Shown in pieces: positions 11,183 to 21,255 of a DNA stretch of 64,000 bases. Numbering within the stretch: the stretch's first letter is position 1; each line of letters begins with the position of its first letter. Made by a program: the position numbers and the translations under genes. The stretch spans positions 43,642 through 107,641 of the forward strand of contig CAVSMN010000013.1 in assembly GCA_963729045.1 (NCBI GenBank), read 5' to 3'. The notes below the pieces were generated by a model that worked only from the letters and a program-made list of their open reading frames with translations, was not told where the DNA came from and made no database searches. The stretch is from an uncultured Nitrososphaeraceae archaeon (lineage in GTDB: Archaea; Thermoproteota; Nitrososphaeria; Nitrososphaerales; Nitrososphaeraceae).

Positions 11183-11214
11183 CCTCCCCACCTCCCCACC
11201 TCCCCACCTCCCCA
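11183..11214 (-). repeat. (TGGGGAGG)4 repeat, potential G-quadruplex
   Basis: cctcccca x4 on the + strand. Confidence 0.8.
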
Positions 11215-11376
11215 CATACTTCAGGGACTACTACCAATTCTTTCAATTCCTATCTTTAACTTCATCGAGATCAATCCATCCTTCATAACTTCTCTTGGGA
11301 CTTCAAATATAGAATTCCTGGTTGAAGAAAGTAAGATTAATCTTGGTAGATCAGAAAAGAAAAAGAGAAAGATAAA

Positions 11377-13443
11377 TTGAAATACTATATAGGTTGCAGT
11401 GGATGGAAGAGCCCAGAATGGGCCAAGAAATTTTATCCTGCTGGATTGGAATCAACGCAATATCTTTCGTATTATTCCAAACTTTTCAAATTTGTGCATC
11501 TTGACCTCGGCAAGAGCTTATTTCCTCCAAGCTCTATTGCTCTAAAAAAATGGGCGAATGAAACTTCGGATGATTTTCGATTCTCTATAAAAATTCCTCA
11601 AAATCTTATCAATAAGACCATGAGATCAGACCAATTTGAATCACTTGGAAGGTTTTTGGAAGATTTACAAGTGCTAAAAGAAAAAATTCTTGTAATTTTA
11701 TTGTCACCACCCCCCCAAGTATCCTTACGAAATACTGGACGTACCTGGTTAGAGGAAATACTGCATAACGCTACTTATCACGGTTTTTCTGTGGCTGTTG
11801 ATTTTGGGAACACTAATACATGGTACCAAGAATTAACGTACAATATTTTAAGAAAACATAATTCATCTTTTGCTTGGTCACATACCGGATATCGATATTA
11901 CTATCCAGCCGTTACTTCTAATTTCATTTTCCTTAATCTTGATAATGCTTCTATCAATAATGACCGAGCTATGAGATGGATCAATTTGATAAAGCAAAAG
12001 GAAAAGGAAACAGGTTATCCAAAATATACCAATAATGTTATTGATTATTCAATTATTGTACTCCGGAACCCGTCCATGGTTCATCTTATTCAAAATTTGA
12101 TAATTCCTAAACCTAAAAGTGTTAATTCATCAGAAGATTCCCAAAAGCCTTCTCTTGCTACCCAAATCTGGTCGGGAAAAATTATCATGCACATTGACAT
12201 GAATGCTTTTTTTCCAGCCTGTGAAGAACTGAGAGACTCTTCTCTTAAAGGTAAGGCCCATGCAGTAATAATGACTCCTGAAAGAGAAGGCAGCTTGATA
12301 ACAAGAGGAGCCGTCGCTTCTTGTTCATACGAGGCTCGAAAATTTGGCGTTAGATCTGCAATGTCTTTATCAAAAGCCAAGGAGTTGTGTCCTAGCCTTA
12401 TACTAAAACCTGTAGACAAAGAATATTACAATTCGATCTCTCAACAGGTAATGAGACTATTGGAGGAATATGCCGATGCATTAGAACAAACTAGTATCGA
12501 TGAGGCATACATTGATTGCACTAAAAAAATTTCGCAGTATCAAAAACAGAATATTTCAGGAGATAATCCTGTCAATCAGAAAAAATTGAAAAATACCCCT
12601 AATAATTCCACAAGAAAATATGACATCCAGGAAGGTTTTTCAATCCGGGAATTTGCATTAAATATTAAAGATTCTATCAGGTCACAGTGTAATGGACTAA
12701 TTTGTTCAATTGGAGTTGCGTCAAACAAGTCGGTTGCCAAGATTGCATCTGATTTTCAAAAACCAGATGGGCTTACTATCGTTTATCCTCAAGACACTAT
12801 AACATTTTTGTCCGCACTGGCAGTAGATAGAATATCTGGAATTGGAATAAAAACTACACGTACACTTAAAGACATGGGGATTGAGACTATAGGACATTTA
12901 TCCGATTCGAATATCCAAAAACTGTCTGATCAATTTGGGAAAAAACAAGCACTGTGGATGTGGCAGATAGCAAATGGCAAAGAAAATGAACCTGTTATAC
13001 CGCGCGAAAACAACCTGTCCTTAAGTACCGAGGAGACATTGTTAAGACCCCTAATTAATAAAAAAGATATCCTGAATATTCTTGTTAATGATATGGCTGA
13101 TGATATTTATGAACGTGTCAGGAGAAAAGGATACAAGTTTAAAACTGTTGGAATCAAGTTAGTTAGGACTGATTTTTCAATTGAAACCAGAGAAATTACC
13201 TTTTCATCATATCAAAAGACTAAAGAAAGTATAATATCTGTTATGGGGACATTATTGAATCGATTCAGTCTTAATGATGATGACAGCAACACCGAAGAGA
13301 TTGGCGAAGGGGATATTCATACTGCCAATAGCTATGATGTAAATTCCATGTACATAAGAAAACTTGGCATTAAAGTGTCCAACCTGTTAAAAATAGATAA
13401 GGATGGAAGAAATCCTCAAAAATCCATAATGGATTTCCTTTGA
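11377..13443 (+). CDS. dinB: DUF72 domain fused to Y-family DNA polymerase IV (DinB/Dpo4)
   Basis: N-terminal YIGCSGW...YYSK.F...FRFSIK (DUF72). C-terminal HIDMNAFF, SYEARKFGVRSAM, SIDEAYID, AKIASDFQKPDG. Confidence 0.9.
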   Translation: MKYYIGCSGWKSPEWAKKFYPAGLESTQYLSYYSKLFKFVHLDLGKSLFPPSSIALKKWANETSDDFRFSIKIPQNLINKTMRSDQFESLGRFLEDLQVLKEKILVILLSPPPQVSLRNTGRTWLEEILHNATYHGFSVAVDFGNTNTWYQELTYNILRKHNSSFAWSHTGYRYYYPAVTSNFIFLNLDNASINNDRAMRWINLIKQKEKETGYPKYTNNVIDYSIIVLRNPSMVHLIQNLIIPKPKSVNSSEDSQKPSLATQIWSGKIIMHIDMNAFFPACEELRDSSLKGKAHAVIMTPEREGSLITRGAVASCSYEARKFGVRSAMSLSKAKELCPSLILKPVDKEYYNSISQQVMRLLEEYADALEQTSIDEAYIDCTKKISQYQKQNISGDNPVNQKKLKNTPNNSTRKYDIQEGFSIREFALNIKDSIRSQCNGLICSIGVASNKSVAKIASDFQKPDGLTIVYPQDTITFLSALAVDRISGIGIKTTRTLKDMGIETIGHLSDSNIQKLSDQFGKKQALWMWQIANGKENEPVIPRENNLSLSTEETLLRPLINKKDILNILVNDMADDIYERVRRKGYKFKTVGIKLVRTDFSIETREITFSSYQKTKESIISVMGTLLNRFSLNDDDSNTEEIGEGDIHTANSYDVNSMYIRKLGIKVSNLLKIDKDGRNPQKSIMDFL

Positions 13444-13618
13444 CGTTATTATTAATATTTTAATAAAATTTTGACCATTCTAGGACATTTAGGAAACTCT
13501 GGATAGATAAACAATAAAGAAAAACATATTTTTTGCCCTGTAATGGATTGATATCGACACTTTATATACATCCTTAAATTTATAAAAACAGTATTCTAAT
13601 TATTATTAGCCAATATTT

Positions 13619-14338
13619 ATGAGTGTACCATCTTCTTTCAACCACAAACATAAAATTATTTATGACAACAATGTTTTAGAATTTCAAATAATTCGGACAC
13701 AAAGAAGAAGAAAAACTAACGAAATTTTGATTGAATATGGCAATGTGTCAGTACGAACTTCAACATCATCATCCTTGAAAGAAATCGAGTCACTCGTAAG
13801 TAAAAAGGCAAAGTGGATATTTCAAAAAATCAAAGAACAAGATAATCCAGATGCATCAATTAAAGTACCCCTTTATCAAAATAATTCTACTTTACCATAT
13901 CTTGGAAAGAACTATGGATTAAGGATTATTGGTCATAATTCGAATCTATTGAGTTTTTCTAATGATGGATTTATTATTTACACCAATAGAAGAAACGTAA
14001 AACGCATTTATGAACAATGGTTAGCTAACATGGCTTATCCGATTATTAGTCCAATAATAGCAAAGTATTCAAAACTTCTAAATGTGTCACCTACAAAAAT
14101 ATTGCTAAAAAAATTGAAAAGTAGGTGGGGCAGTGCAACATATCGTAATATCATAAATCTTAATATCCATCTTTTAAAGGCTCCAATGGATGTAATTGAG
14201 TATGTGGTATTACATGAACTAAGTCATCTCATTGAAAGAAATCATTCTAAGCGATTCTGGAAAATAGTATCAGATAATATGAGTGATTATAAAATCAAAA
14301 TAAGGTGGCTCAAAGTCAACGGCCCTTATATTTTATGA
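13619..14338 (+). CDS. YgjP/DUF45-like zinc metallohydrolase (M48-like)
   Basis: LKSRWGS, YVVLHELSHL...NHS.RFW. Confidence 0.88.
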   Translation: MSVPSSFNHKHKIIYDNNVLEFQIIRTQRRRKTNEILIEYGNVSVRTSTSSSLKEIESLVSKKAKWIFQKIKEQDNPDASIKVPLYQNNSTLPYLGKNYGLRIIGHNSNLLSFSNDGFIIYTNRRNVKRIYEQWLANMAYPIISPIIAKYSKLLNVSPTKILLKKLKSRWGSATYRNIINLNIHLLKAPMDVIEYVVLHELSHLIERNHSKRFWKIVSDNMSDYKIKIRWLKVNGPYIL

Positions 14339-14512
14339 AGGTCTTCTTTTAGTTTTAGATATTTCATGTCTGTACTTTTTTTGACTAGCATCTTATTATT
14401 ACTAAAGATTAGATAACCTTAGTGTCGCGGTCCTCACTGTACTTTTACTTAGAGTCGTGAGTCGTGTGATGCTAAACACTAAATAAATAAAACAGACCTT
14501 TCAATTAATTGT

Positions 14513-15313
14513 GTGTTCACGCTAAGGAATTGTATTCTTCACACTTTTGCAGTTATTTTTGCACTATTTTTTGTTCTATGGTATGTTGAAGTTGAAGTTG
14601 AAGTTGAACCTAAACTTGCTAGTGGTCAAAATATGAATCCAGATGCGAGTCTATTTAAGTGTGATTCGTATGTTGGCGAGTTTTATACGCTAAACAAGTC
14701 CTTGGATTGCGATTTTGAGAATGGTATATCAATAAATACCAATAATACTGTTATTAATTTAAATAACTTTTCTATTTTGGGTTCAGGTTACTTGAACCCT
14801 TATACCGGCATTTTGATATCAAATAAAGAAAATGTTACTCTAACGGGAAATGGAATAGTTGGTCATTTTCAAATTGGAGTCTACATAAATAACTCCAAAA
14901 ATGTTGATATATCTAAAGTTAACTTCACAGGGAATGAAATTTCCATTTATGCTGCAAATTCTTCAGGAATTCTCATAGACAATAATCGATTCTATACTAA
15001 CACTGCCGGGATTAAATTCTTCACAAATGGTGATTCTATGATTTCAAATAACACATTTGATTCTAATGATATTTCTTCTATTTCTTTATTTGGTTCTCAT
15101 GATAATATAATAAATGATAATCTTATATCCAGCAGCTTGAATGGAATATTTGTTGATACTAAAAGTACAAATACTTCTTTGAATTCTAATCATTTTACAA
15201 GGAGTTTTGGTGTAGACATAAACATAGGAAATGGAGGAAAATTTAACGAAATCGGTAATTCAATTTCAAATAATACTTGCTCTATAAGTATACCTGAAAA
15301 ATTGTGTAAATAA
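14513..15313 (+). CDS. Secreted right-handed beta-helix (NosD-like) protein
   Basis: N-terminal TM segment and Asn-rich parallel beta-helix repeats (GI.I..S.N..I..N). Confidence 0.8.
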   Translation: MFTLRNCILHTFAVIFALFFVLWYVEVEVEVEPKLASGQNMNPDASLFKCDSYVGEFYTLNKSLDCDFENGISINTNNTVINLNNFSILGSGYLNPYTGILISNKENVTLTGNGIVGHFQIGVYINNSKNVDISKVNFTGNEISIYAANSSGILIDNNRFYTNTAGIKFFTNGDSMISNNTFDSNDISSISLFGSHDNIINDNLISSSLNGIFVDTKSTNTSLNSNHFTRSFGVDINIGNGGKFNEIGNSISNNTCSISIPEKLCK

Positions 15314-15393
15314 CCAATACAATAATCCATATATATTAATCGATAAGTAATTCAAAATTTTTATACCATTTGTGTATAGTAGGTTTCGACAAT

Positions 15394-15576
15394 ATGAGTA
15401 ATCAAGATGCCGAAAGGGATGAAATCAAAGATGAGACCCATGAACTACAAGACGATGAGAGCGATATAGAGGAAGAGGAGGAAGAGGAGGAAGAGGAAAA
15501 GGATATAGATTTTGAAGATGAAGATGAAGATGAATCCGAGGAGGAAAACAGTGACCCACAGCCCGATAATGGCTAA
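15394..15576 (+). CDS. Small highly acidic protein
   Basis: ATG-initiated D/E-rich 60 aa ORF. Confidence 0.55.
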   Translation: MSNQDAERDEIKDETHELQDDESDIEEEEEEEEEEKDIDFEDEDEDESEEENSDPQPDNG

Positions 15577-15639
15577 CTGACTGATAATTATCCATTCTTT
15601 AGTAGCTGGAGGCAAATGCAAAGACAAAGGGTAACTGGC

Positions 15640-16500
15640 CTAATTGATGAATTCATTTCTTTTATTCTTTTTTGAAATATGGTCGGTAATATGATATTTG
15701 TTATACCAAAATAGGGCACCAGACATGATTATGAAATCAGCGATGTAAAATAAATCCCACGGTAAAGCCGATGCTGAACCGTTGATGTAATCATTTGTAT
15801 AGCCATTATCTGCTATAGCGTTTACTAATAACGATAACGAAGCTAGTACCCAAGGTACCGAGTGTTGGTACTCTCTATATATATTCAACAATATGGTTAT
15901 CGAGGGAATAATTAAACATAAATCTAAAATTGGATATAGTAAAGTAACTACAAGATCTGACCATCCATAACCTTTTTCAGCAGCATCAATCTCCCCATTA
16001 TTTAAGAACGATTCTGGTAAAGGTAGGAAGCTAACAAAATTGACTATAACAAACCCTATAACAACTGCAGAAATAATTGTCAGAGTTACAGACAAGTTTC
16101 TAATCCTTATGGTTCTAATAATGGATACCAAATGAAAAATAAGAAACAGATACCCGCCCAACCATAGCATATCTAATAGAGTTATTCGCTTAAATTCATC
16201 CACATGTAAGACAAAATAAGAGTACATTATTCCCAAGTCTGCTGCAAACCACAATGCAATACCAATTGTTAAAAACAAATAAGATTTTCCATGGCTTCCA
16301 GAAATTCCATGTCTTACAACCGCTATTACGCCCAAACCCGTGGCAGTAGCACCTGCAATATTAAGACTAATTATTGCAATTGCATGCTGAAAATGTTCAT
16401 CAGGGATTAATACTATGGATAAATCGACAAATATAATGCTCGAAACCATCAAAATTATTAGATACTTTAATGTTTTTTTATAACTTGATTCGTTTGCCAA
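15640..16500 (-). CDS. Multi-pass membrane protein of unknown function
   Basis: About 8 hydrophobic segments; LYPILDL motif. Confidence 0.8.
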   Translation of the reverse strand: MANESSYKKTLKYLIILMVSSIIFVDLSIVLIPDEHFQHAIAIISLNIAGATATGLGVIAVVRHGISGSHGKSYLFLTIGIALWFAADLGIMYSYFVLHVDEFKRITLLDMLWLGGYLFLIFHLVSIIRTIRIRNLSVTLTIISAVVIGFVIVNFVSFLPLPESFLNNGEIDAAEKGYGWSDLVVTLLYPILDLCLIIPSITILLNIYREYQHSVPWVLASLSLLVNAIADNGYTNDYINGSASALPWDLFYIADFIIMSGALFWYNKYHITDHISKKNKRNEFIN

Positions 16501-16725
16501 TTTATTTTACGTTAATGCCTTTCATAAATACCTTAATTGATGGACTATTTATCTATTATCTGTGGATTTTTGCCTAATTGTGATATGACTTGATTGGTCT
16601 GGTCCTCTTTATCATAGTGTTTATCATAATTACTGTTTGTAATAATCTTAATTTTCTTAAACGTTCTAGCTTATTTAATTGGAATCCTGCTGAAAATATT
16701 TGGTAATTATGTCTAAATGGAATTA

Positions 16726-17238
16726 CTATTCGCCTACAAATTTTAGACCATACTTTGTTTCTCCTATATGAAGTGTTATTCTATCATCATCGGTTTTGAT
16801 ATTGGGGATATTGGTATTATAGTCATTTTTAATAGGCATCCCTACTTCTTTGAAATAATTTTCAAATCCTGCCGGAGAAATAATCATAATTAATTTACCT
16901 TCCTCTACCCCAATTTTCTTATATGAGTGAAAAATATTACTCTTTAAATTCAAAAACATTCCCGGATCCGCTTTAATACTTTTGTCTCCATACTCGAAAA
17001 GAAAATTTCCTTTGACCACATAAAATACAATATTTTCATTACTATGTTTGTGAGGAGGTACATTCTGCTCGACCCCTGCTGGAAATAGTAGTTCTAAGAC
17101 CGAATAATTTTGATCAGTTTCTTTTCCTGTAATACCTATGGTATATATCAATCCTCCCAAAAAATATCTAGAGCAATCATTTTTTGTACTCTCGTTTAGA
17201 TGATTGTGTTTTATGAGGCTGTCTTCATTCATAACCAT
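16726..17238 (-). CDS. Cupin domain protein
   Basis: PPHKH.NE..FYVVKG and HSY...ISPAGFENYF. Confidence 0.8.
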   Translation of the reverse strand: MVMNEDSLIKHNHLNESTKNDCSRYFLGGLIYTIGITGKETDQNYSVLELLFPAGVEQNVPPHKHSNENIVFYVVKGNFLFEYGDKSIKADPGMFLNLKSNIFHSYKKIGVEEGKLIMIISPAGFENYFKEVGMPIKNDYNTNIPNIKTDDDRITLHIGETKYGLKFVGE

Positions 17239-17418
17239 AGTTAGTAATTATTGATATAAGCATTCTAGTTGTGCTTTACCAGTCAAAAATTTAGGGTGTA
17301 AACTGTGAGAATAAAATATACATTCAACATTGTATTATCATTCACCATTGTCAAATTACCATTTTAATTTATACAAATGAGAGTAACTTTTTTAAGAATT
17401 AAGAGTTCTTACAATCTT

Positions 17419-17708
17419 TTCGGGATATTTGCTATCCATAGTCCAGAAGCTTGTCCATTAAATAATACCAAAAAGAGGTCTTTAAAGAGATCTTTAATAA
17501 ATTGCAGTCAAACTCTGAAAAATATGGGGTAAAAAATATCAGTGGATTCTATATGTCTGTGCTTAAGCATGAGTGGATTATTATGGTTGAAGCAAACAGT
17601 GCTCATGATATAGAACAACTCTACATTGATTCAGACATCTTTTCCTTTAATACAGTGAAAATAGTTCCATTGAAAAACTATCAAGACGTCGTAAGCAAGC
17701 TTGCCTGA
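17419..17708 (+). CDS. Small DUF3303/GYD-like protein, frameshifted near 17470
   Basis: FGIFAIHSPEACPLNN lies in a different frame just upstream of ORF 17502..17708 (HEWIIMVEA). Confidence 0.45.
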
Positions 17709-17776
17709 TATTATTCATTTACTTTTGTATTTTTTATATATTTATAGAGAACCATGCTACTATAACTTGATATTTT

Positions 17777-18163
17777 TTGGCTAGTGCGAATAATTTTGGA
17801 ATAGAAAAGGGAAAAGGCGATGTAGCGATAAAATGGATAAATGAATTTATCATAAAGAGCAACAAATCTTTCAAAATTTCTATTACAAATAATCAAATAC
17901 ATACCTTAAATTTTGGAGATTTTGATTTGGTGGAATGGAGCGGTGATTGGAGCATAGCCAGAAACGTCATAAAAAAATCAAGTACAAAATTAAATATCAA
18001 AGTAATTGAGGCTGGATATCATAAAAAACATAACATCCTTGAAGCATTTTTTGGAATGAGCCAAGAATTTTGCAAAGTTTATAGCAGTGGAAAATTTGTT
18101 GGGACATTGATCCTTAAAAGAAAATCAGGCAATTGGATTGTAGATAAAGAGAAACGCGGATAG
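17777..18163 (+). CDS. Hypothetical protein
   Basis: 128 aa ORF; start uncertain. Confidence 0.6.
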   Translation: MASANNFGIEKGKGDVAIKWINEFIIKSNKSFKISITNNQIHTLNFGDFDLVEWSGDWSIARNVIKKSSTKLNIKVIEAGYHKKHNILEAFFGMSQEFCKVYSSGKFVGTLILKRKSGNWIVDKEKRG

Positions 18164-18216
18164 CTAATGATCCATTCTTATTTTCGTCATGTTTGTAGAC
18201 TTTATTATTAATATTA

Positions 18217-18684
18217 TCAGGAAGACACTCTTATGCCTTCATTTGTAATGTTTATATCTTTATTATTTGCATCGACCTTATCATGCATTATCCACTTTTG
18301 GGTCGGAAGAATAATGTAGTTTTGTGTAATTGTGAGTTTTAGATCATCAACGTAAAAAATTCCGCTTACTAGAATTGTTTTTTTATCTAGGATTCTGGAT
18401 TCAAATACTATTTCACCAGCTTTATCAACAATCAAAACATGATCAAGATCTGATTTTTTTATTTTCAGATCTGGGGAACAATATTTGCATACGTTCTCTA
18501 CGACTTCAATTACTAACTTATTGTCGGGATCGACTATATTGACCGAAATAAAAGGATTTTGTGAATCTGATATTTGTTCTAATTTGAATAAAGATTTTTC
18601 GTTATACCTTATGCTTCTTGGACTATTTGATATAAAGTTATTACCAATCAATAATGTAAAAGTCATGTTATATGTGTGATCCAT
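18217..18684 (-). CDS. Hypothetical protein
   Basis: 155 aa ATG-initiated ORF. Confidence 0.65.
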   Translation of the reverse strand: MDHTYNMTFTLLIGNNFISNSPRSIRYNEKSLFKLEQISDSQNPFISVNIVDPDNKLVIEVVENVCKYCSPDLKIKKSDLDHVLIVDKAGEIVFESRILDKKTILVSGIFYVDDLKLTITQNYIILPTQKWIMHDKVDANNKDINITNEGIRVSS

Positions 18685-18775
18685 TACGTATCTATTTTAT
18701 TCTTCTCATTTGGAAATTACATATACATTTAAAACTGTTCTAATATGCTCAAAGATTGTGTCACTAAAGAGCGAT

Positions 18776-19657
18776 ATGGCGATTGGTGTAATTGGGGTTG
18801 GCATGTTAGGTACTGGGATTATAGAACGATTAATAGAACTAGGTACTAAAGTGAATGTTTACGGTAGGAATAAAGCCAAACTCACTTATTTTCAGGATAA
18901 GGGTGCAAAAATATTTAGCGATGCCCGAACCTTGGCTGAACAAAGCGATTTAATAATAACCTGTGTTACTAATTTTGAATCATTGAAGGAAATTCTGTTT
19001 CAGAAGAATGGTGTGATGAAATGTAGTAACAAGGAACTAATCATTGCAGATTGTACAACCGTCAATTCTGATCAATCTTTGTACTGTTCAAATCTTGTAA
19101 GGGAGCGGGATGGATTTACGTTCCTGAGCACCCCGGTGATGGGTGGACCCAATGACGCGAAAAAGGGGGAACTTATTTCTCTTGTTTCAGGAAATGAAAC
19201 CTCATTTAAAGAAATCCGTCATGTTTTGGAAAAAATTTCCAAACACGTATTTTATGTTGGCCAAATCAATGGGGTTTCTAATTCCATAAAATTGGCACTC
19301 AATCTAAATATAGCCATAATTACCTTGTCCTTGTCTGAGGGATTAATTTTAGCCAAACATAGTGGAATAGATCCAAATCTCTATTTACAAATCCTTAATC
19401 TTACTAAGCTTAAAACTGGAATTAGTGAAAGGAAAGGTCAAATGATGATAAATAATGATTATTCGCCTTCTTTTTTCCTAAAAAACATGTTAAAAGATAT
19501 AGATCTAATGATGGATGCATCACAAGATTTGCGGCTGTTTCTACCCATGACCTCCTTATCACAGCAGCTTTTTAGGGCAGCTAACAATAGTGATGATAGA
19601 AAAAATAAAGACTACTCGGTAATCTACCAGTTTTTGGAGGAACTAAATTCTAAATGA
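18776..19657 (+). CDS. NAD(P)-dependent beta-hydroxyacid dehydrogenase (3-hydroxyisobutyrate/6-phosphogluconate DH family)
   Basis: IGVIGVGMLG Rossmann motif, PVMGGP, F.LKNMLKD. Confidence 0.9.
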   Translation: MAIGVIGVGMLGTGIIERLIELGTKVNVYGRNKAKLTYFQDKGAKIFSDARTLAEQSDLIITCVTNFESLKEILFQKNGVMKCSNKELIIADCTTVNSDQSLYCSNLVRERDGFTFLSTPVMGGPNDAKKGELISLVSGNETSFKEIRHVLEKISKHVFYVGQINGVSNSIKLALNLNIAIITLSLSEGLILAKHSGIDPNLYLQILNLTKLKTGISERKGQMMINNDYSPSFFLKNMLKDIDLMMDASQDLRLFLPMTSLSQQLFRAANNSDDRKNKDYSVIYQFLEELNSK

Positions 19658-20009
19658 AACCATCTCATGATAGATGAAAAAATGTTAAATTAAGAACTGT
19701 CATGACCATATTTTTATGTTAAAAAATCTAAGACATTTTGATTTTGATAAGGAAGGCAATCTATTATGGTGCCGGGCCGAAATTAATGTTTTTCACACAA
19801 TCGTCAGTAAATTTTTTTTAGTAATTTATTGCAGATTTTATGTATCATCATTAATATAATTTAGTGAAAATGGATAAAATATCATACCAGGCATAGCACA
19901 TAAAAACTCGATCAAAAATAAAGGCATTATATGGGGAGAAAACCCTGAATTTCTCGCAATTATTAGGAAAACTATATATCATTTAATCACGCTATTATAG
20001 TATATCTTT

Positions 20010-20525
20010 ATGCGAAGTGTTGACAGTAGTGAAGATCCTTTTGTAAAAATTGCATCTCTAATAGGAGGGGAAGAATATCATCATGTTGCCAAAGCACTGT
20101 TAAAGACTGAAGATTCAACCGACGAAGAAATTGCTGTTGCAACAGGTCTTCGAATAAATATTATTCGAAAAGTTCTATATGATCTTTTTGGAAAGGCTCT
20201 GATAACGGGTATTCGCGTTAAAGATGAGAAAAAGGGATGGTTTGTGTATAGATGGAGAGCAAAGAGAGATAATGTAGATAATTTTATTGACAATCAGAAG
20301 AAGAAAATATTGGAAAGATTGCAAAATAGACTTGAATATGAAGAATCATCCGAATTTTACCATTGCGGTAATTCTGCTTGTGATAGAATAAAATTTGATT
20401 ATGCAATTGAACTATTCTTTAAGTGTCCTAATTGTAAAGAACCATTGAATATGGTAGATAACAGTAAATTGAAAGATGCATTAAGGTATAAAATAGAACA
20501 ACTTAGTTCAGATACCGTAAAATAA
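20010..20525 (+). CDS. tfe: Archaeal transcription factor E (TFE alpha)
   Basis: TDEEIA, RKVLYDL, GWFVYRW, C-terminal Zn ribbon (FKCPNC). Confidence 0.92.
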   Translation: MRSVDSSEDPFVKIASLIGGEEYHHVAKALLKTEDSTDEEIAVATGLRINIIRKVLYDLFGKALITGIRVKDEKKGWFVYRWRAKRDNVDNFIDNQKKKILERLQNRLEYEESSEFYHCGNSACDRIKFDYAIELFFKCPNCKEPLNMVDNSKLKDALRYKIEQLSSDTVK

Positions 20526-20532
20526 CAATTTC

Positions 20533-21240
20533 TTATTTTATTTTGATATTTTTATAATGTAGTATTATTTCACCATTATTTTTTTTTTGTATTCGTGACA
20601 ACTTTATTTTTACACTTTCTTTTATTGTCTTGTAGCCTTCTCCACCCACTAATGATATCGCCTTTTTCCCACCAATTATGAGCGGAGATATAGTGATTAT
20701 TATCTCATCAAACAAGTTATTTTTTATGACGGACCAATTTATTTCTCCTCCACCCTCCACTAAGACATTTGATACACCCTCCTTTTCTAATTGATCAAAT
20801 AATTTTTTCAAATTCACCTTTTCTCCATTGTCTTCTCCTCTATCCTCTCTATCCTCTTCTGTTCCTTGGTCTAGCACAATTATTTTGATACCTCTTTCCT
20901 CCAATTTTTTCAAATTCTTAGATGGGGCTTTTGAGGTTACCACTACTCTGGTTTCAATTTGATTTGCTGTTTTTACAATTTTGGAATGAAGGGGGATTCT
21001 AGCTTTGCTGTCTATTATTATTCGAATAGGATTTTTAGTACCTTTTTTATTCATACCATATCGTATCGTCAATAATGGATCGTCGTTTATAACTGTAGAA
21101 ATACCCACCAAAATTACATCTGTTTCTCTTCTTAATCCGTGAACACGTTTGAGATCTAATGCCGATGAAATTTTTGTGTCGCCATTAACAGTCGCGATTT
21201 TTCCATCAATACTAATAGCCGCATTTAGTATTATTTTCAT
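20533..21240 (-). CDS. arfC: 2,5-diamino-6-ribosylamino-4(3H)-pyrimidinone 5'-phosphate reductase
   Basis: AISIDGKIA, DDP.LT, VLVEGGG RibD_C motifs; riboflavin operon context. Confidence 0.9.
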   Translation of the reverse strand: MKIILNAAISIDGKIATVNGDTKISSALDLKRVHGLRRETDVILVGISTVINDDPLLTIRYGMNKKGTKNPIRIIIDSKARIPLHSKIVKTANQIETRVVVTSKAPSKNLKKLEERGIKIIVLDQGTEEDREDRGEDNGEKVNLKKLFDQLEKEGVSNVLVEGGGEINWSVIKNNLFDEIIITISPLIIGGKKAISLVGGEGYKTIKESVKIKLSRIQKKNNGEIILHYKNIKIK

Positions 21241-21255
21241 TCGTCGCTGATACCT

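Noticed and set aside
11000..11380. 126 aa ORF upstream of dinB
   Set aside because: No recognisable motif; it runs through a simple C-rich repeat and looks like a chance ORF.
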